From positions 64,001 to 128,000 of the IMG/VR virus record IMGVR_UViG_3300015607_004069: 64,000 nucleotides of DNA. One strand, 5' to 3'. Shown piece by piece: positions 50,773 to 61,111 of this stretch. This stretch comes from a virus (taxonomy: Duplodnaviria > Caudoviricetes). The notes beneath the pieces are model-generated. The model was not told the DNA's origin, ran no database searches, and saw nothing but the letters and a program-made list of their open reading frames with translations. How positions within the stretch are numbered: position 1 is the stretch's first letter; every line of letters begins with the position of its first letter. The position numbers and the translations under genes were made by a program.

Positions 50773-51968
50773 TAAAATGCTCCATTCAGGGTGCTACCAA
50801 CTCTCTTGATATTTGCATCTACTGGCGTGATGTGTTTGATTAAGAGATCACACCAGTATGCACAGAATGGCGTGGCATTATTTACTACTACGGCCAGTCC
50901 CTCGCCGGGATTTAGTGTTAATGGATTGATACCATTTCCGCTTCTAAAGTCAATTCCATGTTGCACATCATTGACCATGAATTCTGACCAAAAACTGCTG
51001 GCCAGACCGGGAGCCATAATTGAAAATAAGTGCGTCAGGCTTTGACGTACAATTCCAATTCTTCTGAAAACAGCGGTGTTCTGTTCCGGATAAAGCAATT
51101 CTCCCTCTCCTAATCCATTTAAATCAGTTATCAGTCTGATTTGCATTGGATTATAGAATCGATTTCTGACGACTTTAATCGCTGCCGGAGTTGGCACAGA
51201 GGTATCACGTTGGACTAATTCGACCTCCTCACCTCCAATATATCTTGCTATTTTGATGAATCGAACATATGGAGAATCGATCAATGGTGATGTAATAGTC
51301 GTTGGACCCATATAAGTCACGTTCATATCGACTATTTGAATAATTTGTCCGGAACCAGTCCCATTATATAAAGCAAATGAAGCACTACCAGCAGTGGCAT
51401 AAATTGCGTTATAAGTATAATAAGTTTCTGAACCTATTTGAAGAGTGGCTGTCCAATACCATGCTGCATTAGACGGGAGATTGACTTGGTCGTTCGGTAC
51501 TAGTGCAATTCCCTCGCCTTCTCTTAGTACGATTCTTTGGCAACTGCTATTTATATATCCACAATCGAACAGGCTCCCAGTATCAGACCTTGGTGTATTG
51601 CCTGCGTAGTTTCTTCCAACACCCATGAGACTCAGCCCTTGAGTGCTAATAGGTAATATTAAATGCGAGCGATATTCTTCACCTGATAATACAACATCAG
51701 CATTTGTTTTTAATAATATTTCAGGAGCTATACTGGCATTGGCCTCAGATGCTTTTATTATTGGTATATCTGAGCCACCAGATAAACCTGTTATTTTGGC
51801 TAGGGCAAAAGCGCCGGGAGTGGTAGTGGTTGATGAAAATGGTTGGACATCGAGCTTGATTACTTGGATTTTTCTAGTGGCTCTTGTTGTTTCATTATTA
51901 TAGACGACCAATAGCGGCTGGTCGCGTGTCGCTATAGCTCTGCCAGCATAATGATAAGTTTCTGCCAT
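50772..51968 (-). CDS. Putative virion structural protein with duplicated domain
   Basis: IVLREGEGIAL vs LTLNPGEGLAV. Confidence 0.6.
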   Translation of the reverse strand: MAETYHYAGRAIATRDQPLLVVYNNETTRATRKIQVIKLDVQPFSSTTTTPGAFALAKITGLSGGSDIPIIKASEANASIAPEILLKTNADVVLSGEEYRSHLILPISTQGLSLMGVGRNYAGNTPRSDTGSLFDCGYINSSCQRIVLREGEGIALVPNDQVNLPSNAAWYWTATLQIGSETYYTYNAIYATAGSASFALYNGTGSGQIIQIVDMNVTYMGPTTITSPLIDSPYVRFIKIARYIGGEEVELVQRDTSVPTPAAIKVVRNRFYNPMQIRLITDLNGLGEGELLYPEQNTAVFRRIGIVRQSLTHLFSIMAPGLASSFWSEFMVNDVQHGIDFRSGNGINPLTLNPGEGLAVVVNNATPFCAYWCDLLIKHITPVDANIKRVGSTLNGAF

Positions 51969-51971
51969 GGT

Positions 51972-52496
51972 TTATGAAGCCGCATCAGTGAATAGAATCT
52001 CAAAGTCGCCAGAACCAACAGTTTGAGTGATTGATTGGATACTAAATCCACGACCCTCTGACGATCTACATGTGACTGGTTGGATATTTGAATCGCCGTA
52101 TCCAGAGTTCCAGATTTCTGCAAACGGAACCAATGTTCCAAGGGCATCCCAATCCAGAGTTGTTACTGTTGGTTCATCAGGAGAGTGTAAAATTTGTCTA
52201 ATAATATTACCGACTGTTATAGTCCTATTTTGTCCGGCTGTAGTATTGGCATTCAATGCACTATTGCTTGTATCCATTGTGACAGGTGTTACTGCAGTAC
52301 CGGCAGATGCTGCGGTGGTTATATTGCACCGAGCAGTATTTAGAACACCAGCAACAGCTGCCGTTCCATTATTAAACAGGTATGCTCTATAGATTCTGAT
52401 AAATCTGGTAGAACTTGAACTATTGAATACATCAAGCATATGCTTACTAGCAGCATATGCAACGCCCTGAGCTGATGCCTGCCATGTATTGGCCAT
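51972..52496 (-). CDS. Putative virion structural protein (single copy of the neighbour's domain)
   Basis: VFN..S.R.IRI; PVTCR..EGRG. Confidence 0.55.
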   Translation of the reverse strand: MANTWQASAQGVAYAASKHMLDVFNSSSSTRFIRIYRAYLFNNGTAAVAGVLNTARCNITTAASAGTAVTPVTMDTSNSALNANTTAGQNRTITVGNIIRQILHSPDEPTVTTLDWDALGTLVPFAEIWNSGYGDSNIQPVTCRSSEGRGFSIQSITQTVGSGDFEILFTDAAS

Positions 52497-52499
52497 TCT

Positions 52500-52934
52500 C
52501 TACATCTCCACTATAGTTTGTCCGATGATTGCCTTATTAGTTTTAACACGATCATGTGTTAGGAGTTGTTCTGCTTCGTATTCAATGCCGTCTACAACGC
52601 ATTTTATTCGTATTCCCTCTGCGACTAATCCGATACCATCACCTTTTACAATGTCGAATTTTGACCCGATATTTCTTGATTGTCCAGTGGATACAGGGAG
52701 AGTAGGATTTTTAGTGGACATGACAGTGTTTTGGTCTTTAGCGACATCATATTGAACACCATTCTCCGCACATACCCATAATTTCCAGCTATTATCCTTT
52801 TGAAGAGCAAGATAATCAGTTACTGTTTTGTGGCAGACTATGCACGGCAGTCTTCTAGTCTTTTCATCCTTCGACCAGCCGACTCTTGTCAATGCTTCAC
52901 AACTTGGACAACGAAAAACTTCTAAATATGTCAT
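52500..52934 (-). CDS. Zinc-ribbon hypothetical protein
   Basis: CPSC and CIVC. Confidence 0.5.
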   Translation of the reverse strand: MTYLEVFRCPSCEALTRVGWSKDEKTRRLPCIVCHKTVTDYLALQKDNSWKLWVCAENGVQYDVAKDQNTVMSTKNPTLPVSTGQSRNIGSKFDIVKGDGIGLVAEGIRIKCVVDGIEYEAEQLLTHDRVKTNKAIIGQTIVEM

Positions 52935-53230
52935 GAGTCCACTCCTGCTGGTATGAAGATTGTTCGGTCAGGATGCATCTTTTCTGTCGATTGAAAGATG
53001 ACCTGATCGCCCTTTTCAACTACAATTTGAACAATTCTGCCTTCTTGTAGCGCTTTAAGAGCCTTACCAATAAATTCACGCTTATCCCCTGACGAACTGA
53101 GCCACCTATCGTGATTGATTTTAAAGATGTATTCAGATGCTGATCGCACTGCAGAATCTGGTAGACCAAACGGCACAGTTAGGAGCCATCTGTCGTTATC
53201 AAGATCATACTTGGCTGGTAATGGCTTCAT
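52931..53230 (-). CDS. Hypothetical protein
   Basis: First gene of a minus-strand operon. Confidence 0.5.
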   Translation of the reverse strand: MKPLPAKYDLDNDRWLLTVPFGLPDSAVRSASEYIFKINHDRWLSSSGDKREFIGKALKALQEGRIVQIVVEKGDQVIFQSTEKMHPDRTIFIPAGVDS

Positions 53231-53320
53231 CGAATAGCTCCATGGTCATTAATATTTTCGTTATGAATGCAATAGCAGGCTATGAATATACTATAATTGC
53301 AAACATAGAGATTGATTTAA

Positions 53321-54001
53321 ATGCAGATACCGACTATGAGGTCAGTTATTGACACCTTTGGCGGATGCTCACCAGCATTGGCATGGGCATCCGATATGGA
53401 TGTACAACAGGGTTGGGAGGTCTGTACAGAACCCGGCTGGCTTATGCTACTAGCATTTCAAATACAAAATAGGCCAAATGCAGTCGGGTTTACGAAAGCA
53501 GCCCTATGCGCCTATGAGTGCATAAAGCCAGCTATGAGCCTAACTACTGATCCTCTTCTACATGACATATTAAATCGCTCATTCAATTATAGTCAAGATC
53601 TAGCAACATTCAAAATACCGAATATGGAAGCTAATCGCTCCTACATGGTAAAATCGACAAAGGCTAGAATAGCTGAAATGAAACAAGAGGCTGCTGATAG
53701 TGGCCATATCTCTAAGCAGTCCATTATCGAATACGCTATCTGTGGTGCTGTTAATGCCTATACTACTGCCATGATAAGAAAGGATGAATTAAAAATATCG
53801 GCAAGACTGGTAAATTCGGCGATTGACTCATCAGTCAGCGCATACGTCGCCACCATTTATCCCGATTTTATCTATGAAGCATTTAATTTAAAGATGGTGA
53901 GTGCAAAAGAGCAAGTCGATGCTTGCGAACTGGCTCGTAACATAGAAATATGTCAGATATTGCGTTCTATTATTCCGCAACCATTCATTAAATATGAGTA
54001 A
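53321..54001 (+). CDS. Hypothetical protein
   Basis: C..A..W..W..C...WL N-terminus. Confidence 0.5.
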   Translation: MQIPTMRSVIDTFGGCSPALAWASDMDVQQGWEVCTEPGWLMLLAFQIQNRPNAVGFTKAALCAYECIKPAMSLTTDPLLHDILNRSFNYSQDLATFKIPNMEANRSYMVKSTKARIAEMKQEAADSGHISKQSIIEYAICGAVNAYTTAMIRKDELKISARLVNSAIDSSVSAYVATIYPDFIYEAFNLKMVSAKEQVDACELARNIEICQILRSIIPQPFIKYE

Positions 54002-54003
54002 TT

Positions 54004-57000
54004 ATGCCAACAGACGTATACAATTCATCTACAACATGGGTCTGTCCAACCGGTGTAACATCTGTTGATGTAGAATGCTGGGGCGGTGGTGGTGCTGCTG
54101 GTGCTCCTACTACTAAAGGCACTACTGGTGCCGGTGGTGGTGGAGCCTACAGTAAGAAGCTAGCTATTTCGGTGACACCCGGAAATAGCTACACAGTCAC
54201 AGTTGGGGTTGGGGGTGATGGCGATACATTTACGCCCGGTGGTGACAGCTGGTTCAGCACCAGCGGCACGGTCCTAGCTAAAGGTGGAACAAACGGTGAT
54301 GATACTGGCACAACATTATTAGGAGGTGCTGGTGGTCTTGCCTCAGGTGGTGTCGGTGATACTAAATATTCTGGTGGTAATGGTGGCAATGGAAGTAATG
54401 ATAAAGACATAGGCGGTCCCGGTGGAGGAAGCTCTGCTGGCACCGGTGCCAATGGAAATAATGGTGCAAACGGCGCTGCTGCTGGCGTTATTGGTTCAGG
54501 CGGTGCCGCTCCGACCGGTGGTGGCAAGGGTGGCGACGGTGGTCGATCTGATGCTTCAATAATCGCGGAAAATGGATCAGCGCCTGGCGGTGGCGGTGGT
54601 GGCGGCGACGGCGGAGTCTCGAACAATGGCAGTGGAGCTAATGGTCGAGTTTCTATCACTTATATTGCGGCACCACAGGTAACAGTTAGTGATTCCATTG
54701 GTTCTCAAACAGCAACCTCTAGATTGTCGAATGCTTTTCGATCTATCGCAGAATTATTAATATCATCTGATTTTGCTAATGGTGGCATCCAAGCAATCAT
54801 AAATTATCGATTCAATTATCGCGGAGACATTCGTAGATTATGGAATATTTCGTTCTTATTAATAGATGACGATTATATGATGCCCACGGCAGGTGGGGCA
54901 TCAGGAGGTGTTTTCAATGTCAATACATCAGATAGTCTAGCCTTCACTGACAATTTTTCCAGATTAGTTCTTCTTTACAGAGTATTTATCGATAATTTGG
55001 CTTTTGTCGATAATATTTCTAGGTTAACTGTTAGCTATAGAACATTCGCTGACAATCTTGCATTGGCTGAATCGGTAAAGACTACCACCAATTATTTCAG
55101 ATCTGCTTTTGATAACTTGGGCCATACGGAAACAGTTCGCAAATTAGCCAACGTCTCTCGGTCTATTCTTGACAATATAGCTCTTTCTGATCGCGATCTG
55201 TTGTCTCAAGGTATGCTTGGCAACATGCTGGGCGAGATGCTTGGCGACATGCTAGGTGGCACCTCCTATGCCCCTAGTGTATTTATAAAGACTAGCTATT
55301 TTAGGTCATTAACTGATTCATTAGGCGAACAAGATTCTGTCAGCAGGCTGATTGCCGTTTACCGCTTTATAGCCGAATCAATAGCCTTGATTGATCAAGT
55401 ATCAAGAAGTCAGCAATTTGCTACAACAATTTCTGACAATTTAGGTGAGCAAGACGCAGTCAGCAGAATTGTTTCTTATCTTAGATCTATCATTGATAAT
55501 TTGGGGTTGTCTGATTTTGCTACAGCCGTTATTCAATTTAGTAGTACAACCTATAATGTTTCAGTTATTGATTCATTAGCATTTAGTGATCTAATTGTCA
55601 GGATGGTGACTGCCTTCAGATTTACTTCTGATTTGCTGGTTCAAATCGACACTACAGGCAGGCTCGTTAATGCTTTCAGGTCTGTCTCTGACGTATTGGC
55701 TGAAATCGATGCGACCAACAGATTTGTCAATACCTTTAGATCAGTATTTGATAATATTAATGCTCAAGATGCAACTGCTAGAATACTAAATGCCTTAAGA
55801 TCTGTATCTGATAGCATTGGCATTCAGGATACGACCAGCAAGCTATTAACAGCCTTCAGAACTTTATCTGATAATATTAGATTTCAAGATGCGTCTAGTC
55901 GATTAGCCAATGCTTTTAGGTCGATTGCTGATGATATAGATGTGCAGGATATCACTAGTCGTTTAGCTAATACTCTCAGACGATTTGCCGATAATCTTGG
56001 TATTCAAGATGCTACCAATGCTGGCGTTGCCAGATTATATAATATTCTGACTTCCGACAATTTAGGTGAACAGGATGCATTTTATCGTCTGGCAAATGCA
56101 GCTAGAACCATCGCCGATGGTTTAGTGTCAACCGATCAGGCATCAAGGCTGGTAGCATCGGCGCGGCTTTTGTTAGATTTATTGGCTGAATCTGATTCTA
56201 CACAGACTTTGACGAACTCCTTTAGATCGCTGGTTGACAATTTAAATGTCATTGATAATGTGTTTCGAAAGTCAGACGCTCTTAGGTTATCATCGTCGAA
56301 TCTCGGATCTGCCGATCTAGTAACGCGATCTACTTCTGTCTTCAGATCTATTACTGATTCGATAATCATATCTGATTTGGCATTGGTAAAATCGACCTTA
56401 TCCAGATTAGTGTCTGATAATGTAGCTGAGCAGGACTCTACTTCTAGAATCGTTCTGGTTGAAAGAAGGTTAAGCGATCTTATAGTAGAGACTGATGCTG
56501 CGACACGTCAAGCCAATACAGCTCGTTCTACTTCTGATTTCATAGCAGAAACCGATACTATAACACGTAAATCTGATGCTGCTCGATTGGCTTCAGACTT
56601 CCTAGTAGAAACTGACGCTGCTTCGCGTAAAGCTGACGCTTTCAGATCTGTTTCTGATGTTTTGGGTATTCGTGATAGTGTTGATAGATTATCTAATGCT
56701 TTAAGATCTATTTCTGATCTTCTTCGTATTATTGATATAGCTACGCCTTTAGGCACTTTTACATTATCTATTTCAGTACAGGAATCTCTCGGTTTAACCG
56801 ACAGCGTTTCCAGAAGGGTTAATGCTCTAAGATTGCTCTCTGATAGCATCGGTGTGGCTGATACCACTAAGACGATTTCTGCTATTTTTAGACTCACTTC
56901 TGATATTATCGGTTTGACTGATTCATTGAGTCGTGTAGCCACTAGTTTCAGAGCTGTCAGTGATTCGATTCGTATCACCGATTCTGCCAATACATCTGTT

Positions 57001-57792
57001 GTTTATTCAAGATTAATCAATGAACAAATTGGTCTGTTTAATGCGTTTAGTAGACTCGTCCAATCATTTAGATCGGTATCTGACAATTTTGCGTTGACTG
57101 ATGTACTTAATAGGCAGCTGGCACTCAGAATTTCACTTAGCGAAATTCTAGGCGTAGCCGATAATATTCTGAATAAGACGCTGCTCTTTAGGCTGATGTC
57201 CGATCTCATAGCGGAAAGCGACTCAGTTTCGAAGAGAATAGATGCTCGAAGATCGGTTCAAGACAATCTAGCGTTGTCTACTAATACATCTAGAATAGCC
57301 AACGCATTTAGAGCTATAAGCGATCAATTGTCAGAAACTGATGCGGTATCAAAAGCAGTCAGTTACAACAAATTGATTTCAGAACTGATAAAAGCTGCTG
57401 ACAATATACTGATTCAAACTAATACCAGACGATCAGTATCTGACTCAGTTTCTATGGTTGATCTGACTGGGATTTTCTTATCTGTCAGAAGAGCAATTGT
57501 AGAGTCGATTGGTGTTTCTGATTCGACGTTTAGAGTTTCAAACGCTATCAGATCCATATTTGATACTATTAACATCACCGATAGTGTTAGTAAGTCAATT
57601 CATATTGGCAGATTGGCTGTCGATAATATTGGTCTGTTGACAGAGGTCTATAAAACTGCAGAATACCATCGCTTGATGAGCAGTATGATAGGGATTGAAG
57701 ATGAAATGTTTACGGAAGTGATAAATCTGTCATTAGCAGTTGGCGTGTTTTATATTCTTGACACCCCTGATGCTTGGGGAGGTCTTTTCTAA
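54004..57792 (+). CDS. Long fibre protein: glycine-rich head + 20-aa repeat shaft
   Basis: WVCPTGVTSVDVECWGGGG; dozens of FRS.SD.L...D..SR..NA repeats. Confidence 0.8.
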   Translation: MPTDVYNSSTTWVCPTGVTSVDVECWGGGGAAGAPTTKGTTGAGGGGAYSKKLAISVTPGNSYTVTVGVGGDGDTFTPGGDSWFSTSGTVLAKGGTNGDDTGTTLLGGAGGLASGGVGDTKYSGGNGGNGSNDKDIGGPGGGSSAGTGANGNNGANGAAAGVIGSGGAAPTGGGKGGDGGRSDASIIAENGSAPGGGGGGGDGGVSNNGSGANGRVSITYIAAPQVTVSDSIGSQTATSRLSNAFRSIAELLISSDFANGGIQAIINYRFNYRGDIRRLWNISFLLIDDDYMMPTAGGASGGVFNVNTSDSLAFTDNFSRLVLLYRVFIDNLAFVDNISRLTVSYRTFADNLALAESVKTTTNYFRSAFDNLGHTETVRKLANVSRSILDNIALSDRDLLSQGMLGNMLGEMLGDMLGGTSYAPSVFIKTSYFRSLTDSLGEQDSVSRLIAVYRFIAESIALIDQVSRSQQFATTISDNLGEQDAVSRIVSYLRSIIDNLGLSDFATAVIQFSSTTYNVSVIDSLAFSDLIVRMVTAFRFTSDLLVQIDTTGRLVNAFRSVSDVLAEIDATNRFVNTFRSVFDNINAQDATARILNALRSVSDSIGIQDTTSKLLTAFRTLSDNIRFQDASSRLANAFRSIADDIDVQDITSRLANTLRRFADNLGIQDATNAGVARLYNILTSDNLGEQDAFYRLANAARTIADGLVSTDQASRLVASARLLLDLLAESDSTQTLTNSFRSLVDNLNVIDNVFRKSDALRLSSSNLGSADLVTRSTSVFRSITDSIIISDLALVKSTLSRLVSDNVAEQDSTSRIVLVERRLSDLIVETDAATRQANTARSTSDFIAETDTITRKSDAARLASDFLVETDAASRKADAFRSVSDVLGIRDSVDRLSNALRSISDLLRIIDIATPLGTFTLSISVQESLGLTDSVSRRVNALRLLSDSIGVADTTKTISAIFRLTSDIIGLTDSLSRVATSFRAVSDSIRITDSANTSVVYSRLINEQIGLFNAFSRLVQSFRSVSDNFALTDVLNRQLALRISLSEILGVADNILNKTLLFRLMSDLIAESDSVSKRIDARRSVQDNLALSTNTSRIANAFRAISDQLSETDAVSKAVSYNKLISELIKAADNILIQTNTRRSVSDSVSMVDLTGIFLSVRRAIVESIGVSDSTFRVSNAIRSIFDTINITDSVSKSIHIGRLAVDNIGLLTEVYKTAEYHRLMSSMIGIEDEMFTEVINLSLAVGVFYILDTPDAWGGLF

Positions 57793-57801
57793 AAATAATT
57801 T

Positions 57802-58272
57802 ATGAAGATCATAAATTCACAAAGTCTGTCGAATGTCAATATATCGTCACTGGCAACAGTGTATAGTTATACTATTACAGAGACACTGTTGGTGGTGATT
57901 GATATTATCTTGGATGGTGTGTCGGCCAATGCCGATTATGATTTTCAATTTTTCAGCGACAATGCCATGATATTGCCTTCTAGAAATATACCCATACCAG
58001 CCGGAGTCACTAAAGCCAATATTCAAAGTAGAAGCTTAATGGTCAGAGCTAATACTGCTTTGACCTTAAAAATTAGTGGTGCACCATCGGATACTAGTGT
58101 AAATATCCTAGTTAATCTTATTAATGCCAGCCCAATTGAAGCAGATGATGTTGTGACCACCATAGAACCCGGTGTCACCGATGCTATTACAGAAGGTCTG
58201 GCACAGACCGAAATCAGGCCGACTAGGACTATACTCGGACCATGTAGAGCCGAAGATTGCGAGGATGAATAA
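57802..58272 (+). CDS. Putative virion protein (paralog of 49636-50121)
   Basis: Full-length similarity by eye. Confidence 0.6.
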   Translation: MKIINSQSLSNVNISSLATVYSYTITETLLVVIDIILDGVSANADYDFQFFSDNAMILPSRNIPIPAGVTKANIQSRSLMVRANTALTLKISGAPSDTSVNILVNLINASPIEADDVVTTIEPGVTDAITEGLAQTEIRPTRTILGPCRAEDCEDE

Positions 58273-58502
58273 TGAATTTGATGGAAATGCTGCTGGATGC
58301 CATCAAATCTTGGCACGTAGACCCAAAGGCTACAGCTAAAAAGTTACGTGGCGTAGCAGAGAAGATCATTTCTATTTCGGAAAAGTTAGAAATGCAGGGT
58401 CAAGAAAATCCATGGATGTCAGATGGCGGATTAGGAGACAAAGTCCTAATCAATGTTGTTGGTCCAGATGGCTCTACTAAACAGACTGTTACACAGGGGT
58501 AA
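58272..58502 (+). CDS. Small protein sharing a VVGPDG motif with the next gene
   Basis: INVVGPDGSTK. Confidence 0.55.
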   Translation: MNLMEMLLDAIKSWHVDPKATAKKLRGVAEKIISISEKLEMQGQENPWMSDGGLGDKVLINVVGPDGSTKQTVTQG

Positions 58503-58508
58503 GGAACA

Positions 58509-59060
58509 ATGAGTGATCTTCTCAGAGGCATAACCAGAGCAGGTCATGCTGATTTCAAAAATCCGCAACCACATGCTGCACCCGGTTTTCGAAACCGAGT
58601 AAGATTACAAGTTGTCGGTCCAGATGGTAAAGTCAAGAAGACTACACCATGGGTCGAGAACATCATGTGCACATTCGGCTTGGCCAGTCTTGCATCTATG
58701 GTCGGCTCTGGTGCTGGTGTCAATGCCTCCACTCTAATTTCTGCTTGCAAGATTGGTACTGGTAACACCGGTGCCACCTCGAATGATACCTCACTGGCCA
58801 ATTCCACAGGCTCCGTGGTCATCACAGCCGCATCTATGACCAAGACTAATCTTGGCAACAGAACAGTTGAATATCAGCATACTTTCGCTTCCAACAATCC
58901 AGCCGGTGCTGCTCAAATTCAAGAAGTGGGCCTTTTCTGTAATAGCACAGCAGACAGCCAGCTCGCCGCACGAACAGTGCTTACAGGAGCAAATAGCGTC
59001 AATAAGGGAGCGAGCGACGTAATCAACCTTTCGTACCAAATCATTTTTACCACAGGCTAA
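58509..59060 (+). CDS. Tail/fibre-associated structural protein
   Basis: N....G...LA; IGTG.T.A...DTSL; IQEVGLF; LAAR. Confidence 0.7.
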   Translation: MSDLLRGITRAGHADFKNPQPHAAPGFRNRVRLQVVGPDGKVKKTTPWVENIMCTFGLASLASMVGSGAGVNASTLISACKIGTGNTGATSNDTSLANSTGSVVITAASMTKTNLGNRTVEYQHTFASNNPAGAAQIQEVGLFCNSTADSQLAARTVLTGANSVNKGASDVINLSYQIIFTTG

Positions 59061-59082
59061 TCCTAATAATTAAAACCAAAAT

Positions 59083-59122
59083 GCGATAGCCGAGAATAAT
59101 TCTCTCGGCTATCGCTGTATAT
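59083..59122 (+). terminator. Hairpin terminator after structural operon
   Basis: gcgatagccgaga / tctcggctatcgc. Confidence 0.65.
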
Positions 59123-59138
59123 GGTATTAACCAGAATG

Positions 59139-59260
59139 AGTGAATTAGCGGCGTTGGACACTGACACGCAAGCAGTTGGGGAAGAAAGCTCACCGATAAG
59201 ACCATGCTGACCAAGTGGAGAGCGATAGGTCTAGCAGGTGGAATTCCTGCCTAATTCACT
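59139..59260 (+). ncRNA. tRNA-like structured element (non-canonical)
   Basis: agtgaattag/ctaattcact closing stem; gcgt..acgc D-like arm; gcagg-tggaatt-cctgc T-like arm. Confidence 0.45.
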
Positions 59261-59971
59261 TTTGGAGTTCATCGTGATTCGCCGCTACTTCTCGGTTATC
59301 GCTGTATATTTACCCTACTCGCATCAGTTGCTTTAAATTTAGTTTATCAGAAGTGAGGTCTGGATTGCTCAATACCAATTTAAGCTCCTCATAACCAGAT
59401 ATCATCTCTATCTGCAGCTCCATATCAAGTATTTTCACGACTCTGGGAAACTCTGCACTGTTTATTACAATCTTCTCGTTGTTTATAGCAATGTATGGAA
59501 ATTTGTTTTTATCTAATTTGATGCGGCAATATTCACACTTGTTATCATGTGTTACCTTCAAGATCGTATTTGTCTTCATGATCTTATCTCTACAAGCATA
59601 GGTTGATAATAATCCTCGGCCATCATTATATTTAGTATTAATGAAGCGTGCATTTTGTATTAGGAATTACTATGAGCAATATCGGTCGGCTGTTGTTTAA
59701 TGATGGTAATTCAAATACCAATAGCAATTATCGAACTTGGCGTATTGAAGCAGAAGGCTATGACTGGTTGATTATTCGAAGATCTGGCGATTTCAATTAT
59801 CTGCCTGAATTGATCACGTTTAATGATTCCGACTCATTACATCGCCAAGAAATTATAGATAAATGGGCCATTCCACCGTCTACAAATTTGATTTGATACT
59901 ATTTTCGAGCCTTTCCTTTTGATTTTTCTGGGTTCAGAAGCCTTTAAAAGGCCTATGTGATTTTCTGTCGC

Positions 59972-60373
59972 CTATAACTTAAGTCTGAAAACTTGGCCAT
60001 GTTCGTCATTGTATAATTCAGCGCCGATCTTTTTCCAGATCTTACTAGTCTGTTCTTTTCTGTTAGTGTCAGATCTTAATTCTTTAAGATTCAAATTTCT
60101 TGCTATATCTATTAACTTTTTGTATAGTGTAGATGCAAACCCTTTACCTTGATATTGACTTGCAGTTTTCAGGTCTGATGTGTAACCAATTCCATTCAAT
60201 GTAGTCAATGTGGTTGATGAAATAGTTCGTTCATTATATTTCAAGCTTACTTCATAAGTATTGATCGTTCCGGGGCCACAATCGTATTTTGCAGCATCAC
60301 AAGTGTTAGTTAACTTGACATCTATGGTCAAATCAGACAATATATTATCAGCATTGATATCTGATAAACGCAT
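59972..60373 (-). CDS. GNAT-fold protein
   Basis: YQGKGFASTLY; KIWKKIG. Confidence 0.7.
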   Translation of the reverse strand: MRLSDINADNILSDLTIDVKLTNTCDAAKYDCGPGTINTYEVSLKYNERTISSTTLTTLNGIGYTSDLKTASQYQGKGFASTLYKKLIDIARNLNLKELRSDTNRKEQTSKIWKKIGAELYNDEHGQVFRLKL

Positions 60374-60451
60374 ATGTCATTCTCTCCGATTCTGATAAAT
60401 ATTTATCGAAAGACAACAGCCCATATTAGATTCATGCTGCGGAGCACCGTC

Positions 60452-60754
60452 ATGGTTACAGTCAAGGAAGAGTCATATGGTTATCGAATAAAATGCAAAC
60501 CCTGTGGCTATCATTATATTCCAAAAATAGGTAAGCCCGGTGCTAGCTGGTCATTTAATAAAAACTTTGAAAAACCAACTTTCACACCATCAGTCAATGA
60601 ATCGCAGACCTATGAGAATAAAGTCATAAAAAGATGCCATTATGTTTTAACTGATGGTATTATGCATTATTGCTCAGATTGCATGCATGAATTAGCTGGG
60701 AGGTCTGTGGCTTTAGAACCGTACACTGAAGAAGAATTAAATAGGCCAGAATAA
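60452..60754 (+). CDS. DUF6527-like protein
   Basis: C..C..H; WSFN.N.EKPTFTPSV; CHY..DG...YCSDC.H.LAG. Confidence 0.7.
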   Translation: MVTVKEESYGYRIKCKPCGYHYIPKIGKPGASWSFNKNFEKPTFTPSVNESQTYENKVIKRCHYVLTDGIMHYCSDCMHELAGRSVALEPYTEEELNRPE

Positions 60755-60817
60755 TTTCTGCTAACATTTCTTTCCAACAGTATTTCAAATCAGTCACCTA
60801 CCACAGGAACTTCTGAT

Positions 60818-61111
60818 ATGGTTATCGCAAGCAAGGTCAGTGAGCAATTGACTACTCTTTTTATTGGCTTGAACGCCGAAGACATCAGAAAGCTTCAAGG
60901 CAATACGCCTGTCATGCTCTATCCTGATTCATATTCTGGCTTGCCCAAACAGCTGGCTGTGGCTATGGTTGGTGGATTAAGTGATCAGGCCATTGTTGAC
61001 AGTATGATAAAAGCTGGCCTAATTGATCAATCCACTAACATCGACAGAGTGAAAGACAAGCCTCATGAATCTCAAAATCAAGATGCCAACAGTCAAACTG
61101 ATAGAATATAA
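60818..61111 (+). CDS. Hypothetical protein
   Basis: 97-aa ORF. Confidence 0.45.
   Translation: MVIASKVSEQLTTLFIGLNAEDIRKLQGNTPVMLYPDSYSGLPKQLAVAMVGGLSDQAIVDSMIKAGLIDQSTNIDRVKDKPHESQNQDANSQTDRI

Noticed and set aside
59139-59260. Canonical tRNA gene
   Set aside because: No TTCRA loop, no identifiable 7-nt anticodon loop and no CCA; kept only as tRNA-like
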